Origin: Promethearchaeota archaeon
Lineage (GTDB): Archaea; Asgardarchaeota; Lokiarchaeia; Sigyniarchaeales; SOKP01
Assembly (NCBI GenBank): GCA_048940925.1
Contig: JBHLOC010000027.1
Span: 1 to 64,000, forward strand
Direction of reading: 5' to 3'
DNA length: 64,000 bases
Within the stretch, counting starts at the first letter, position 1; each line of letters begins with the position of its first letter. Of this stretch, positions 31,243 to 42,546 are shown piece after piece. The notes under the pieces were generated by a model. It worked only from the letters and a program-made list of their open reading frames with translations, was not told the DNA's origin and ran no database searches. The translations under genes were made by a program, and so were the position numbers.

Positions 31243-31687
31243 TTATATGATTTTTTAGTTTTTATAATTCGAACTCTCTAAAAAATTTTGCTTAATTTTT
31301 TTATTTTAATATTTTTGTGAATTAATCACTTTTAGACTTCATAAAAATAAGTTCTATAAGTTTTAACTTTTTTTGTCAAATAAGATAAATTTTTATAAAG
31401 TAAAGACTATTTATCTTCTTGGATTACACATACATCTTTTATGGAGGATATAAAAAGAACATATCAGTTTAAAAAACTATTTTTTTAAACCCCGTGAGAT
31501 TTGCGGCTACACGCCGTATTTCGGGAAACTGGAAAAAAACCCCGTGTAAAAACTGAAAAACTTTTAAAATTAATCCTCCTAGTGTAATCCAACCTTATCC
31601 ATATTATAATCATGTGATATAGGGATAACTCTTCCTCTTAGAAAAAGAAGTTAAGATTTTCTCATACTTAAAAAAAGATTAATACTC

Positions 31688-32611
31688 TTATACCTTCTCA
31701 CTTCTTTCTTGTCTTCTCTTTTGTCTCTCTCGTATTCTTTGTAATCGCGGACTTGGCCCTTTTGGTAAACCAATAAAAGGATCGATAGGGACTTCAGAAT
31801 TTCGGTGAAATTTGTAAAAATCATTATCAGGGTAAAGTGTGTCATTTAACATTACAAGGTTTTTCATGTGCCCAAAATAGCTTTGGGCTTTCTTTAATGG
31901 CATTTTATACTCATTTTCATTGAAGAATATGTTATAATCTAGATCTAAATATTCTATGTTTGTTAAGTTTTCTAGATTTTCGATTAAACTGATTTTATTT
32001 TCATAAAGATATAAGCGTCTTAATTGATGTAAATTATCTAAACCTTCAATTTTTTCAATCTGGTTATTTTGTAAATGTAATTCCTTTAGTTTATCGAATT
32101 GTTCTAAACCTTCAATTTTAGGTATCATATTATCTATGAGAATAAGAGTTTCTAAATTTTTCAAACCTTTAAAATTAGGAATTCTTCTTAATAGAACTCC
32201 AGATAGCCCAAGAGTTTTTAACAGTTTAAAAGGAGCATAATCACTATTTTTAAAAGAAAATTGATATGATCCTCTAGCCAATAAGGTAAATGTGAAGGAT
32301 CTTAGTCGAGATAAATAGTGAACACAGCTAAGATTTTTAAATCTACAATTAATTAAATGAAGAGCAGTAATGGTTTGTGGAATTGGATTGTTCACTACAA
32401 AATTTTCTAAATCAAAATGATATAACACAATTGTGTTTAATGGAAGCGAGGTAGTAAATCCCGTTAGAAATACTCTATCATAATCATCAGGATTACCAGG
32501 ATTTTGGATGACAAGTGTATTGTGTTCTAGGAATATTTTATCGTGATGAATTTCTCCATCTTCATAAATATATTTACAATGTATATAATCATTATTTCGA
32601 ATATTTGTCAT
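31688..32611 (-). CDS. Leucine-rich repeat protein
   Basis: Repeats LKELHLQNNQIEKIEGL and LRRLYLYENKISLIENL. Confidence 0.85.
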   Translation of the reverse strand: MTNIRNNDYIHCKYIYEDGEIHHDKIFLEHNTLVIQNPGNPDDYDRVFLTGFTTSLPLNTIVLYHFDLENFVVNNPIPQTITALHLINCRFKNLSCVHYLSRLRSFTFTLLARGSYQFSFKNSDYAPFKLLKTLGLSGVLLRRIPNFKGLKNLETLILIDNMIPKIEGLEQFDKLKELHLQNNQIEKIEGLDNLHQLRRLYLYENKISLIENLENLTNIEYLDLDYNIFFNENEYKMPLKKAQSYFGHMKNLVMLNDTLYPDNDFYKFHRNSEVPIDPFIGLPKGPSPRLQRIRERQKRRQERSEKV

Positions 32612-32646
32612 AAAAATTTCTCACCATTCATAAATTAGTATTATGT

Positions 32647-33031
32647 TTAAGGAAATAAATCTGGTCGTCCTTCCTCGATCTGGAATTTTCTACTGGCTTC
32701 ATAGCATTCCATACAGTACCATTTTTTTAAAACGGGATTATATGTCATGTCTTTATCAATTTTCATACATACAGGACAAAAAATTATGGATGCATTAAAA
32801 GCGTAGCTCAACTCATTTTGTTTGGATGCTAATTTTTGTACTTCTTTATGCATTTTATGATATTCTGGATGATTTTTATTCCAAAAATTAGATGATTTTT
32901 GTATAATACCTTGTTGATCTAGCAAATCATTTATTACAGAGGATTCTGCTAAATTAAGCACTTCCCGTAAAACCATTCCTAATTCTTTGTAATTGCGGAT
33001 TCCTGATTCTTATTGTTCGTTTCTTTTTCAA
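32647..33031 (-). pseudogene. Zn-binding (CPVC...CMEC) protein, probably frameshifted near its 5' end
   Basis: GGAG then TTG at 33031 reads MKKKRTIRIRNPQLQRIRNG and joins ORF 32647-32976 if one T is removed from a T4 run near 32970. Confidence 0.5.
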
Positions 33032-33452
33032 TTTAAACTCCCAAACTAATCATTTTCTTGTAATATATAAAAAAATAAATATTCAAGCATGGTGAGACTT
33101 TCAACTTTCTCTAACATTATAATTTAATTTGCTTCTTAAATTGTGGAAAGATTTTATATAGCATGTCGAAATCAGTCTGACATGAGAAAAATACTGAATA
33201 TTTTTGCTGTTTAGTTATAAACATAAACCTAGTATTTAAAAAACTTGGAAATAGGATTAAGGTTAAAGTATTTAGAGGATAACTCAGTTTTATGGAATAG
33301 ATGTTCTATAATGGCAGGCATGTAAAAATGAGAAAACTTGAATTAGTCGAAAAGTTCTAGAATTATTAGTACATGTTTTAATTTATAATAATGTAAGATT
33401 TCAAAATTCTAAAAAAAATAAGAAAGGAAATAAAATTATTGTATTTTTTAAG

Positions 33453-35450
33453 TTAGATTACTTTTCCTACTCGATTCTTTTTACGCAATATAATTATAGC
33501 CACAGAGGTCAATCCTATTCCGGCTGCTGTTATTATGACTGCAATAATAGTTATAGTAATGAGAGGAACTCCTTCAGCTCGTTTTCCTGTTTGTTTTCCC
33601 AATATCTCAGGATCTACGGCGAGATATGTTTCAAACAGTTTATCTTCGTATCCAAAGGCAGAAACCATCATTTTTAAGAGGATTGGATTGTCTCCAGGTG
33701 CTACGGTTATTGGTTTTAAGGATACAGAATATAAGCCATTCCCAAGTTTAACAACATTTTCAGACACATCTGAATCATTCCACCATATCTGAAATGTTGC
33801 ATTGATAATTCCCTGACCAATCTCACTTTGGACTGTAAATGTGACGATAAATTCTGTAGATGTAAAAGACTGATCAATAATATCTACATACAATAGATTA
33901 TATGGAACATCTTTTATGACAACTACTTCTTCAAATCCTATATTATCAGCTTGATCAATAGCGTAAAATCTGAGAGTCACATAACCATTTGGTATGGTAT
34001 CCCATAGGGTTTGATTTATTATTCCAGATAATTTCATAAAAGTTATATTAGTCTTACCTCCATCTATCGTATACCAATTTTTGTCTAAATTTAATTCTTC
34101 GACGGATATTGCATAAACAGGAGCAAGTTCTCCGAACACAAAATTATTAATGGGAGAATTGATCTCTATTACTGGGACTTGAAGATCTTTAAGAATAGTA
34201 ACTTCAGCACAACTGAAATTACCAATAGTATTATTGACATAGAATTTTATCGATACAAATCCCTCTTCAAGCGTATCCCACTCAGTTTGGTTTATTATTC
34301 CATAAGATCCCTCAAATGTATAATTAGTAAGACCATTATCTAAGGTGTACCATGAAGTGTTGAAAATTGGGAAGTTTATTGAGACATTGAAACTTGGAGC
34401 CATCGATCCAAAAACATCACCTGGATTAGGTGAATTTATTATAATAATATGTGGTCCATCATTCCAGATTGGATAATTATCTTGTCCAACCATAAAAGTA
34501 TAGGGAGAATCACCAATACCATCGTCATCCACGTCAATGCCCTCATAATCATCCCAATAATTCCCTATAGAGCCATTATCCCAATTATTTTGATTAAATG
34601 CTAGATCTTCTGCATTAATCGCATTTCCAGTAAAGTTATTTCTATAAAAAAGATTATTATTGCAATCATTAGTGTCTATATATACACCCCTATTACTATT
34701 AGTGATATTATTTTGAATGAATTTATTGGAATCACAATCAGAATCTAAGTCTATTCCTATTTGAGTGTTGCCATTTATATTATTTCTTAAAATCGTGTTC
34801 GAATTGCAATTGTTCATTAAGATAATCCCCATATCTTGATATGATGTGCCATAATTACTTGCTATGTTTTCTGAGAGGATATTAATAGAACAGTCTGCCC
34901 ATAAATATATTCCACCAAAGTTATTATTATTTACTGTATTTTTATAAATAGTATTATTTACGCAAGTGAGTAATAATAATATACCATTTTCTCCATTGTT
35001 TGAACAATTGTTATTTACCAAGGTTCCATTATTCGTATTTTCTAATTTGATTCCCGCATCCTGTTGAGCACTCGCCGCATTGTAAACCGTGCAATTTCTA
35101 ATAATAAAATAATCAGTTTTGGAATTTGCTATATAGATTCCACTTCCTGTAGGAGAACTACTTGCATCAATAGTAATATTTTCAATGATATAGGGATTGC
35201 TCCATGTACCATTACCACTGCACCATTCAAAATTTAATGCTGTATATGACCAATTATTAGGAATACTACCATCAACATGGATAAAAGATTCGGAATAACC
35301 ACCAGAATTTTTCGGGTTTTTTATTTTAATCTCGTCGAGAACGTCATAGGTCTCAAGATCCATACTTAAATTAACACTACTAATAAGCGAAAATGCTAAA
35401 CTTATCCCCAAGAATATAATAATTCCTTTTGTTTTGCTAAATTTTCTCAT
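33453..35450 (-). CDS. Cell-surface parallel beta-helix (NosD/CASH) protein with Ig-like repeats
   Basis: Signal peptide, NPYIIEN, N-rich GI.L repeats, GNYWDDY...DDDGIGD.PY, two WYT.D.G.TN repeats, C-terminal TM plus RKK. Confidence 0.85.
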   Translation of the reverse strand: MRKFSKTKGIIIFLGISLAFSLISSVNLSMDLETYDVLDEIKIKNPKNSGGYSESFIHVDGSIPNNWSYTALNFEWCSGNGTWSNPYIIENITIDASSSPTGSGIYIANSKTDYFIIRNCTVYNAASAQQDAGIKLENTNNGTLVNNNCSNNGENGILLLLTCVNNTIYKNTVNNNNFGGIYLWADCSINILSENIASNYGTSYQDMGIILMNNCNSNTILRNNINGNTQIGIDLDSDCDSNKFIQNNITNSNRGVYIDTNDCNNNLFYRNNFTGNAINAEDLAFNQNNWDNGSIGNYWDDYEGIDVDDDGIGDSPYTFMVGQDNYPIWNDGPHIIIINSPNPGDVFGSMAPSFNVSINFPIFNTSWYTLDNGLTNYTFEGSYGIINQTEWDTLEEGFVSIKFYVNNTIGNFSCAEVTILKDLQVPVIEINSPINNFVFGELAPVYAISVEELNLDKNWYTIDGGKTNITFMKLSGIINQTLWDTIPNGYVTLRFYAIDQADNIGFEEVVVIKDVPYNLLYVDIIDQSFTSTEFIVTFTVQSEIGQGIINATFQIWWNDSDVSENVVKLGNGLYSVSLKPITVAPGDNPILLKMMVSAFGYEDKLFETYLAVDPEILGKQTGKRAEGVPLITITIIAVIITAAGIGLTSVAIIILRKKNRVGKVI

Positions 35451-35631
35451 TCTATTTCACCCAAAATTTATTGAATTATATAGAAAAATGACTTTTATGT
35501 ATTTAATGATTGTGTATTCTATACATGTATCTAACACTCTTACATTTTTGTTCAAAAATCTTTGATTTTTTATAATAAAAGATAAGCTATTTTATTTAGG
35601 GGTGAATAAAGAATATACTGATAAAATAGAA

Positions 35632-36843
35632 TTAGGTAGACTTGCTAAATTTGTCATATATTTCAGAAAAATACTTATCAGACATTCCTGCTATATAATC
35701 ACGAGCGATAAGTGGTAGATTATTTTTTTCTTTTAAGGGTAAATAATATGTGGAATAATTCACATCATCAATATATTCAATGTGGTCTTTAAAAATAGGA
35801 GAATTATAATTATTTTCTTCTAAATCAATTAAACTTTTTTCAAAGATTAGCTCAAATTTTTCGTGTAATTTGTCTATAAATGTTCTCTGAGATGAATTTT
35901 TTTTACGTAAATTCCTTCTAGTATAAATCTTTTCATAATTAAATGCTTTCAATTCCTTTAAAGCTTGGAAAATTTCATCATTATATCCAATTACATCATT
36001 ATCTATACTGAAATTTAATAAATCTGTAATTAGTGAATTAATAATTTTAGGATTTGTGTCTCCAAGCAGTTTTTTACATGGTTCAGGGATATCATTCCTG
36101 CTGATTAACTTTAATAATATAGCATCTTCAATATCTCTTCCAATGTAAGCAATAGTATCTGAAAATCTTACTACAATTCCTTCATAGGACATTGGAATTC
36201 TCTTAATTTTGTTGTATTTTAAACTATCTTCATATTCTTTAAAATGATCTTTCCAAGTTTTCCCATTTCTCTTAATTGGTTCCAACTTTCGTTCATTTAC
36301 CTCACCGTCATGGCAAAGAATCCCATCGAGAACTTGTAAAGTTAAGTTAAGTCCTTTTGCAGGTTTATTGGGAAATTTTCTTTCAAGGTACGATAACCAA
36401 CGTATAGCTTGCCCATTATGGCAAAAAGTTCCCATTTTATATTTCTTACTTATATCATTAAGTATTTCTTCACCTAAATGTCCATAGGGAGCATGTCCAA
36501 CATCGTGTCCAAGGGCAATTGCTTCTATTAGATCAGTGTTTAATCTTAAAACATGTCCTATCTGTCTACTAATTCTTGATACTAATATCACATGTAAGGA
36601 TCTATGCGTTATATTAGCGTTATTTATTTCAAAGAAAACTTGTGTCTTATCTATATAGCGGGAATAAGCCTTTGAATGGACAATTCGATCAACATCTCTA
36701 AAGAAAGGGGGCCGGATATCCTCATTATCTTCGTTATCCTCAAAGTTATATCTAATAGCTTCTGAGTCTAATATTCCAAGTGGGCCAATATTATCATCCC
36801 ACCCCATTCGTGTTCTTAATAAATCAATAGTTTTTTTATCCAT
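35632..36843 (-). CDS. dgt: dGTP triphosphohydrolase-like HD protein
   Basis: RDVDRIVHS, KTQVF, HDVGHAPYGHLGE, GLNLT, DIED, DYIAGMSD. Confidence 0.88.
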   Translation of the reverse strand: MDKKTIDLLRTRMGWDDNIGPLGILDSEAIRYNFEDNEDNEDIRPPFFRDVDRIVHSKAYSRYIDKTQVFFEINNANITHRSLHVILVSRISRQIGHVLRLNTDLIEAIALGHDVGHAPYGHLGEEILNDISKKYKMGTFCHNGQAIRWLSYLERKFPNKPAKGLNLTLQVLDGILCHDGEVNERKLEPIKRNGKTWKDHFKEYEDSLKYNKIKRIPMSYEGIVVRFSDTIAYIGRDIEDAILLKLISRNDIPEPCKKLLGDTNPKIINSLITDLLNFSIDNDVIGYNDEIFQALKELKAFNYEKIYTRRNLRKKNSSQRTFIDKLHEKFELIFEKSLIDLEENNYNSPIFKDHIEYIDDVNYSTYYLPLKEKNNLPLIARDYIAGMSDKYFSEIYDKFSKST

Positions 36844-36925
36844 TGTTTATTTCATATAAAATCGATTAGTATCTAGTTTAAAAAATCAAATGATTACTAT
36901 AAATTTTTGTCAATTTTGCAGACAT

Positions 36926-37873
36926 CTAACCAAATTTTATATCGATTGCATTATGAGGACATGATTCCTTACACTTGAGACACAAATTACACTCACCACG
37001 CCCAGTAAAAAACTCAAATGGTTCATCCAGGATTCTTATTTGTTTTGGACATACTCTTTCACATATACCGCATTCAGTTCTACCCACACACCTTACGGGA
37101 CTACGTGTGAGTTTTAAAAATGAGTAATCACTTATCGCAGATGCGACTGCTCCAAATGGACAAAAATATCTACAATAAACCCGAGGATACCATAATGATA
37201 GAACTATGAGAATTAGATAAAAAAAGAATATAAAAAATACGAGAAAATTAGAGAATATTGGTGCTATACTACCAGTTTTTATCATTTCTTTAATCATATT
37301 GGGGAAAAATACAAAAATATATTCAGATAAAGAAAAATAACCTAAGGGTTTTTCTCCTAAATCTCCTATATTATTTCTATAATCAAAATAAAAATTGAAA
37401 TTAGTTGTTCTTGTGACTCCTAGAGGAATTACAATTATGATAAGAATAGTTACTAAAACATATTTTATTTTTAATAAAGAATTATGAGTGCTGGTTTTAA
37501 TTTTTTTCTTTTTGGTTGGTACCGCAATGCACAAATCTTGAATAGTTCCTATTGGACATACCCATCCACAAAAAAATCTATTAGAAAATAGGATTATCAA
37601 TATTAGAACACCTATAAGAAAAAATGGAATTATACCCTCTGTAATAAAGAAGAAGATGTACTCCAACATTCCTGCTCCAGTCGAAAAAGGATTTCTTGGT
37701 GAATTTAGAACAGGAAGTATTTTAACGAGTCCCTCAAAACTTAATAAATTAATAGTAAATATCAATTCTAAAAATACATAGTTAATCACGATAAATGCAA
37801 TAATTTGAACAGAATGCCTTAGTATTGTTGTCGATCGATTTTTAATCTTTTCACTTAAACCTTTAATATTCAA
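36926..37873 (-). CDS. NapH/MauN-like membrane 4Fe-4S protein
   Basis: FCGWVCP and YCRYFCP motifs plus two C-terminal ferredoxin clusters. Confidence 0.85.
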   Translation of the reverse strand: MNIKGLSEKIKNRSTTILRHSVQIIAFIVINYVFLELIFTINLLSFEGLVKILPVLNSPRNPFSTGAGMLEYIFFFITEGIIPFFLIGVLILIILFSNRFFCGWVCPIGTIQDLCIAVPTKKKKIKTSTHNSLLKIKYVLVTILIIIVIPLGVTRTTNFNFYFDYRNNIGDLGEKPLGYFSLSEYIFVFFPNMIKEMIKTGSIAPIFSNFLVFFIFFFYLILIVLSLWYPRVYCRYFCPFGAVASAISDYSFLKLTRSPVRCVGRTECGICERVCPKQIRILDEPFEFFTGRGECNLCLKCKESCPHNAIDIKFG

Positions 37874-38008
37874 AAACTACCACATACTGCTATTTTAAAA
37901 AGATTAATTAATACTGTTTAAAAAAATTAATTTTTGTCTTAAAAGAATGAGAAAAAATCTTTTATATAAAAAAAATCTATTTGAACTATTTCATTTATCT
38001 CAATGATA

Positions 38009-39124
38009 TTAGTATTTTTCTTCAATAAATTCTTCCAATTTAAGCAATCCTTGATCCATATTCATTCTGCCAAACCCTATTCTAAAATGTTTATCCCCAT
38101 AATCATACTTAGAACTTGGCATCAGCAAAATGCTTTTTTTTCGCAATAATTCTAAACAAAAGTCATCAATACTTTCATCCGTCAATATTCTGGGGAATGC
38201 TATTGAACTTGCTTTTGGTTTTATCCATTTGAATAGGTTCTTAAATTTATTAAAGAAATACTCCAGAATTTTGAGGTTCTTCTCAATAATTTTTAAGTTT
38301 CTCTGTAAAATGAATTTTTTATTCCTTAATGCTAAGATTGCAAAGAATTCACTTAGAGCACTATTACAAATTGTTGTATAATTCTTGAAAGAAGCTAACT
38401 TATTATATAATAATTTATCTTTAGTAGCAATCCACCCAATTCTTAAACCTGCTAGTCCAAATGCTTTAGACATTACTCCCAAAGATATGGCTTTTGAATA
38501 ACAATCAGAAGCATTTGAAAGTCTGTCACTTTTATCATATTCTAATAACCGATATACCTCATCTGAGAAAACATGAATATTATTCTTCTTTGCTATATCT
38601 AATATTGCATCCATCTTTTTTTGTGACATTAAATAGCCAGTTGGATTATGAGGACAATTTATTATTATTGCCTTGGTATTCTTTTTGATAGTTTCTTCTA
38701 AAAAGCTAATATCAAGTTCCCAAAAATTTTCATCGGTCATCATCCATTTTGTAACTTCACAACCAATAGCAGAAGCCACTTCAAAAAGAGATTGATAAGC
38801 TGGATATTGTACGATTATATGGTCTCCCTTATCTAATTGAACATTCATAAAGATAAAAATTGCTTCTTCTGCTCCAGAAAATATAATAACATCATCAGGG
38901 AGGATATTTGTGTATAAATTTGAAATTTCATTTCTTAAAATAGGATCACCAAGGGATTCACTATACCCCAGTCTTTTTTGTTTTAATTCCTCTATTGAAT
39001 TATCCTCTAAGGTTAATAATTCATTTACACTAAAAGACTCACAATCCGAGGAACAGAGCAAATACTTAACTTTAAATTCATACTTAGCAAAATATTCTTC
39101 TAATTTAAATTCCTTGATCTTCAT
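38009..39124 (-). CDS. PLP-dependent aminotransferase class I/II
   Basis: NCPHNPTG, SDEVY, SKAFGLAGLRIGW. Confidence 0.9.
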   Translation of the reverse strand: MKIKEFKLEEYFAKYEFKVKYLLCSSDCESFSVNELLTLEDNSIEELKQKRLGYSESLGDPILRNEISNLYTNILPDDVIIFSGAEEAIFIFMNVQLDKGDHIIVQYPAYQSLFEVASAIGCEVTKWMMTDENFWELDISFLEETIKKNTKAIIINCPHNPTGYLMSQKKMDAILDIAKKNNIHVFSDEVYRLLEYDKSDRLSNASDCYSKAISLGVMSKAFGLAGLRIGWIATKDKLLYNKLASFKNYTTICNSALSEFFAILALRNKKFILQRNLKIIEKNLKILEYFFNKFKNLFKWIKPKASSIAFPRILTDESIDDFCLELLRKKSILLMPSSKYDYGDKHFRIGFGRMNMDQGLLKLEEFIEEKY

Positions 39125-39244
39125 TTAATAGAAGTAATAAAATTGATAGGATTTAAAGTTAGACTATTTTAATTATTTAATTGAATGTTAGTATTTGCGT
39201 CAAGAAAATTTATTCGATTTAGAAAAACAAGAAGAAATAAATAA

Positions 39245-41155
39245 TTATTTAAGTAAAACAGTTTCTAAATTCTTAGGAGCTGAGGTAGACTTTCGTAATT
39301 TTTTATGGATCATTGTGGATAAACTTATAGCTTTCGACTCCTCTCCATGACATACAAGAACTTTTTTCGGTCTGGGTTGAATTCTTCTTAAGAATTGAGA
39401 AATTTGACTACGAGATGAATGTCCACTAAAACCTTCAAGCGTGAAGACTTTTAAATTAATCTTTATGAGCTGAGTACGCCCCTTGGCATCTACATACGTA
39501 AACTCACGAAATCCCCTTTGTATCCTAGAACCTAATGTACCACTAACTTGATAAGACACAAATATTAATGAGTTTTTAGAGTCATTAGCTAATTCTTTAA
39601 GATATTGAACTGAAGGTCCACCGATTAACATACCACTTGTAGCTAAAATTATACATGGACCTCCTTTAACAATATCTAATCGTTCTTCTTGAGCTGATAC
39701 AGTTTCAAAATAATCACTTAAAAATGGGTTCTTTCCTTGGTGTAAAATTTTCTCCCTTAAATCACTACTGAGGAAATCTGGGTTCGCAGTATGGATAGCA
39801 GTTGCTTCACTAATTAATCCATCAATAAAAATTGGAACTTTATCAATAAGTCCTTTTGATATATATTCTTCTAAGACGATAAGTAATTCTTGAGCACGCC
39901 CCACAGCTAGAACAGGAATCAGAACTTTTCCATCCCTTTTTAAAGTTGAATTCAAAATTTGTTTGAGTTCTCTTTCAGATTCTTGTCTACTAGGTATACG
40001 ATCTTGTGGACCACCATAAGTAGATTCAATTAATAGACTTTCTACTCTAGGGAATTTGACAGCTGCTTTTTCTAATAATCTAGTTTTTTGGAATTTGAAA
40101 TCTCCTGTGTATACAAAATTATAATCTCCTTTCCCAAAATGCAAGTGAACCATTGAAGAACCTAAAATATGTCCTGAATTATGAAGAGTTAATTTAATAT
40201 CTGGAGCAATATCAGTAACTTTACCCCATGAGAGAGGAATTGTGTGAAGAACAGTTTGTTTAACATCTCTTTTAGAATAAGGTGAAGGATTTCCTTCTTT
40301 TTCACAGATTTGAATAAAATCTAATTGTAACATGGTTGATAGATTTCTCGTGGGCAATGTACTATAAACTGGTCCACGATATCCATATTTATAAAGGAAT
40401 GGTACAAGTCCACAATGATCTAAGTGTGCATGTGAAATAACTACTGCATCAAGATCACGTATCGAAAATTCAGGAATATCAAAAAATGGGAATTTATCAT
40501 TTGGATTTCCAACATTTAATCCTACATCTAATAAGAGATTACTATCTCTAGTTTGGACTAATACACAGGATCTTCCTACTTCTCGGAAACCTCCCATAGC
40601 AGTTAATCTTATATTCAGATCTTTAAATAGAGCAGGTCTATGTATTCTTTTACCTATATCTAATAAGATATCTTTCTGGGTTTGTCGTTCCTTTTTCAAC
40701 ATTCCTCTAATTAATTGAATAGTTCTTGATGTTAGTGGAGGTGTTCTAATAGTTTTTGGTTGCCAAAAAGTATTAGTTCTAATTTCCTTTAAATTAACAC
40801 CTTTTTTGCCAATAACTAACCCCGGTTTTCCAGATTCAATTATAACTTCCCCTCTGGTATGATCAAATTCAATAGCAGTTATTTCTGCTTCTTCATTGAC
40901 TAAATTTCTTATATATTCTTCTGTTTCTGCGGGATCCTTCCTTCTATCTACATTCCAGCGAAAAACAACACGCTTTCGCATAGTTTTAGCTAGATCCTTA
41001 AGAACAGTTGAGCTTTCAATTGCTTCAACATCAGAATTTTCAGAATATACTGCAATTTCTGGCCCTTCAAATTCAATTTTTTTGACTTTTATCTCTGATG
41101 GAAGATTTTCTATAATTTCGCTTTTTATTCTTTGTAATTCTCCTTCAAAACTCAT
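39245..41155 (-). CDS. fttA: Beta-CASP ribonuclease aCPSF1 / transcription termination factor FttA
   Basis: N-terminal KH domains (EFEGPE, KPGLVIGKKG), EVGRS, SHAHLDH, GHILGS, ESTYG, FSGH. Confidence 0.95.
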   Translation of the reverse strand: MSFEGELQRIKSEIIENLPSEIKVKKIEFEGPEIAVYSENSDVEAIESSTVLKDLAKTMRKRVVFRWNVDRRKDPAETEEYIRNLVNEEAEITAIEFDHTRGEVIIESGKPGLVIGKKGVNLKEIRTNTFWQPKTIRTPPLTSRTIQLIRGMLKKERQTQKDILLDIGKRIHRPALFKDLNIRLTAMGGFREVGRSCVLVQTRDSNLLLDVGLNVGNPNDKFPFFDIPEFSIRDLDAVVISHAHLDHCGLVPFLYKYGYRGPVYSTLPTRNLSTMLQLDFIQICEKEGNPSPYSKRDVKQTVLHTIPLSWGKVTDIAPDIKLTLHNSGHILGSSMVHLHFGKGDYNFVYTGDFKFQKTRLLEKAAVKFPRVESLLIESTYGGPQDRIPSRQESERELKQILNSTLKRDGKVLIPVLAVGRAQELLIVLEEYISKGLIDKVPIFIDGLISEATAIHTANPDFLSSDLREKILHQGKNPFLSDYFETVSAQEERLDIVKGGPCIILATSGMLIGGPSVQYLKELANDSKNSLIFVSYQVSGTLGSRIQRGFREFTYVDAKGRTQLIKINLKVFTLEGFSGHSSRSQISQFLRRIQPRPKKVLVCHGEESKAISLSTMIHKKLRKSTSAPKNLETVLLK

Positions 41156-41711
41156 AAATCTTCATCAAACAAGTTAATTACAATTTTACTTCAAATTATA
41201 TTTATTTTTTTAAATTGTAGAATTTAGAAGATGATACTTTAATCTCCTAAATTATATTCTAATTTATTAAACTGATTTCTTGAACTACTTATTAATACTA
41301 CGTAAAAATTCATATATGTATCGTATAGTTTTAATTACTTGTAAATGCTATTTTTGAATAAATAGAATAACAATCTCTTACAATATGATTTGCTAATAGA
41401 AGAGAATCGTTTTTAGAATAAATCTTTCTAAATTTCTAAGATAATTATATATTGCTCAAATAAAAAGTTAACGATTTGATTGTATAAACTGTTTACTTCT
41501 ACTTTATTCATACTTCCTCACTCCTCAATAAAATAATTATGCTTATTATTTTCTATTTGCTTTATTTTTTCTAGAGAGGATACTTGATTGTCTTATAGAA
41601 ACTTAAAAATCTTAGAAAAAAATAGCCATAGTACTTTTTTTAAACTATTTCTTTTCGATAATACTTCATTAATAAGATATCTTTTTTTGAAAGAAAAACC
41701 TAAAATTTACT

Positions 41712-42344
41712 ATGGGAAAACTAAAAATAGGAGCAATTGCCTCAGGATCTGGCTCTAATTTCGAGAGTATTGCAAATGCTTGCGAAACAGGAATTCTAAA
41801 AAATAAAGCAACAGTAGAAGTGCTAATTTGTAATAAAGCTGGAGCATTTTGTATAGAACGGGCTAAAAATCATAACATTCCATTTGTTTTAATTGAATCT
41901 GATAAACATAATGGAACAAGAGAGGAATTTGACCAAAGAATGATAAATATACTAAATAAATATGGGTGTGAACTTATTGTTCTTGTTGGTTATATGCGTT
42001 TTGTTAGTGAAATGTTCGTTAACCATTTTAAGGGGAATATCATGAATATTCACCCAGCTCTACTCCCTAGCTTTAAAGGGATGCATGCTCATGAAGATGC
42101 TTTAGCATATGGTGTTAAAGTCTCTGGAGTAACTGTTCATTTTGTAGATCCCTTTGAAGATCATGGGCCAATCATTATTCAAAAATGTGTACCTGTCTAT
42201 GATTCGGACACCAAAGAAACTTTAGGTCCTCGAATTTTAAAGTGGGAACATAAAGCGTTCCCAAAAGCTATAGAACTCTTCTGTGATGGGAAATTACATA
42301 TTGATGGGAGAATAGTTAAGATTAATGGAGAAGTTAAATTATGA
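41712..42344 (+). CDS. purN: Phosphoribosylglycinamide formyltransferase
   Basis: ASGSGSNF, GYMR, NIHPALLPSFKG, GVTVHFV...D.GPII.Q. Confidence 0.95.
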   Translation: MGKLKIGAIASGSGSNFESIANACETGILKNKATVEVLICNKAGAFCIERAKNHNIPFVLIESDKHNGTREEFDQRMINILNKYGCELIVLVGYMRFVSEMFVNHFKGNIMNIHPALLPSFKGMHAHEDALAYGVKVSGVTVHFVDPFEDHGPIIIQKCVPVYDSDTKETLGPRILKWEHKAFPKAIELFCDGKLHIDGRIVKINGEVKL

Positions 42345-42546
42345 TCTATATTATAATATCTTAGGGAAATGATTTTATTGAAAGCTCTGACCCCACTGAA
42401 ATCTCCAGAGAATTGCTGATTAATGAAGAAGATCTTGAGTTTTGAAAAATCATTTCCCACTTACTTTTTCTAGGTTTAAATACTAAAATTTTAATCAAAG
42501 AAATTATAATCCTACATAAATATTGACTGATCATTAGTAATGATTT

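Noticed and set aside
41428-41511. 27-codon minus-strand ORF after a GAGGAGTGAGG SD-like run
   Set aside because: Too short and has no recognisable motif, so it cannot be supported
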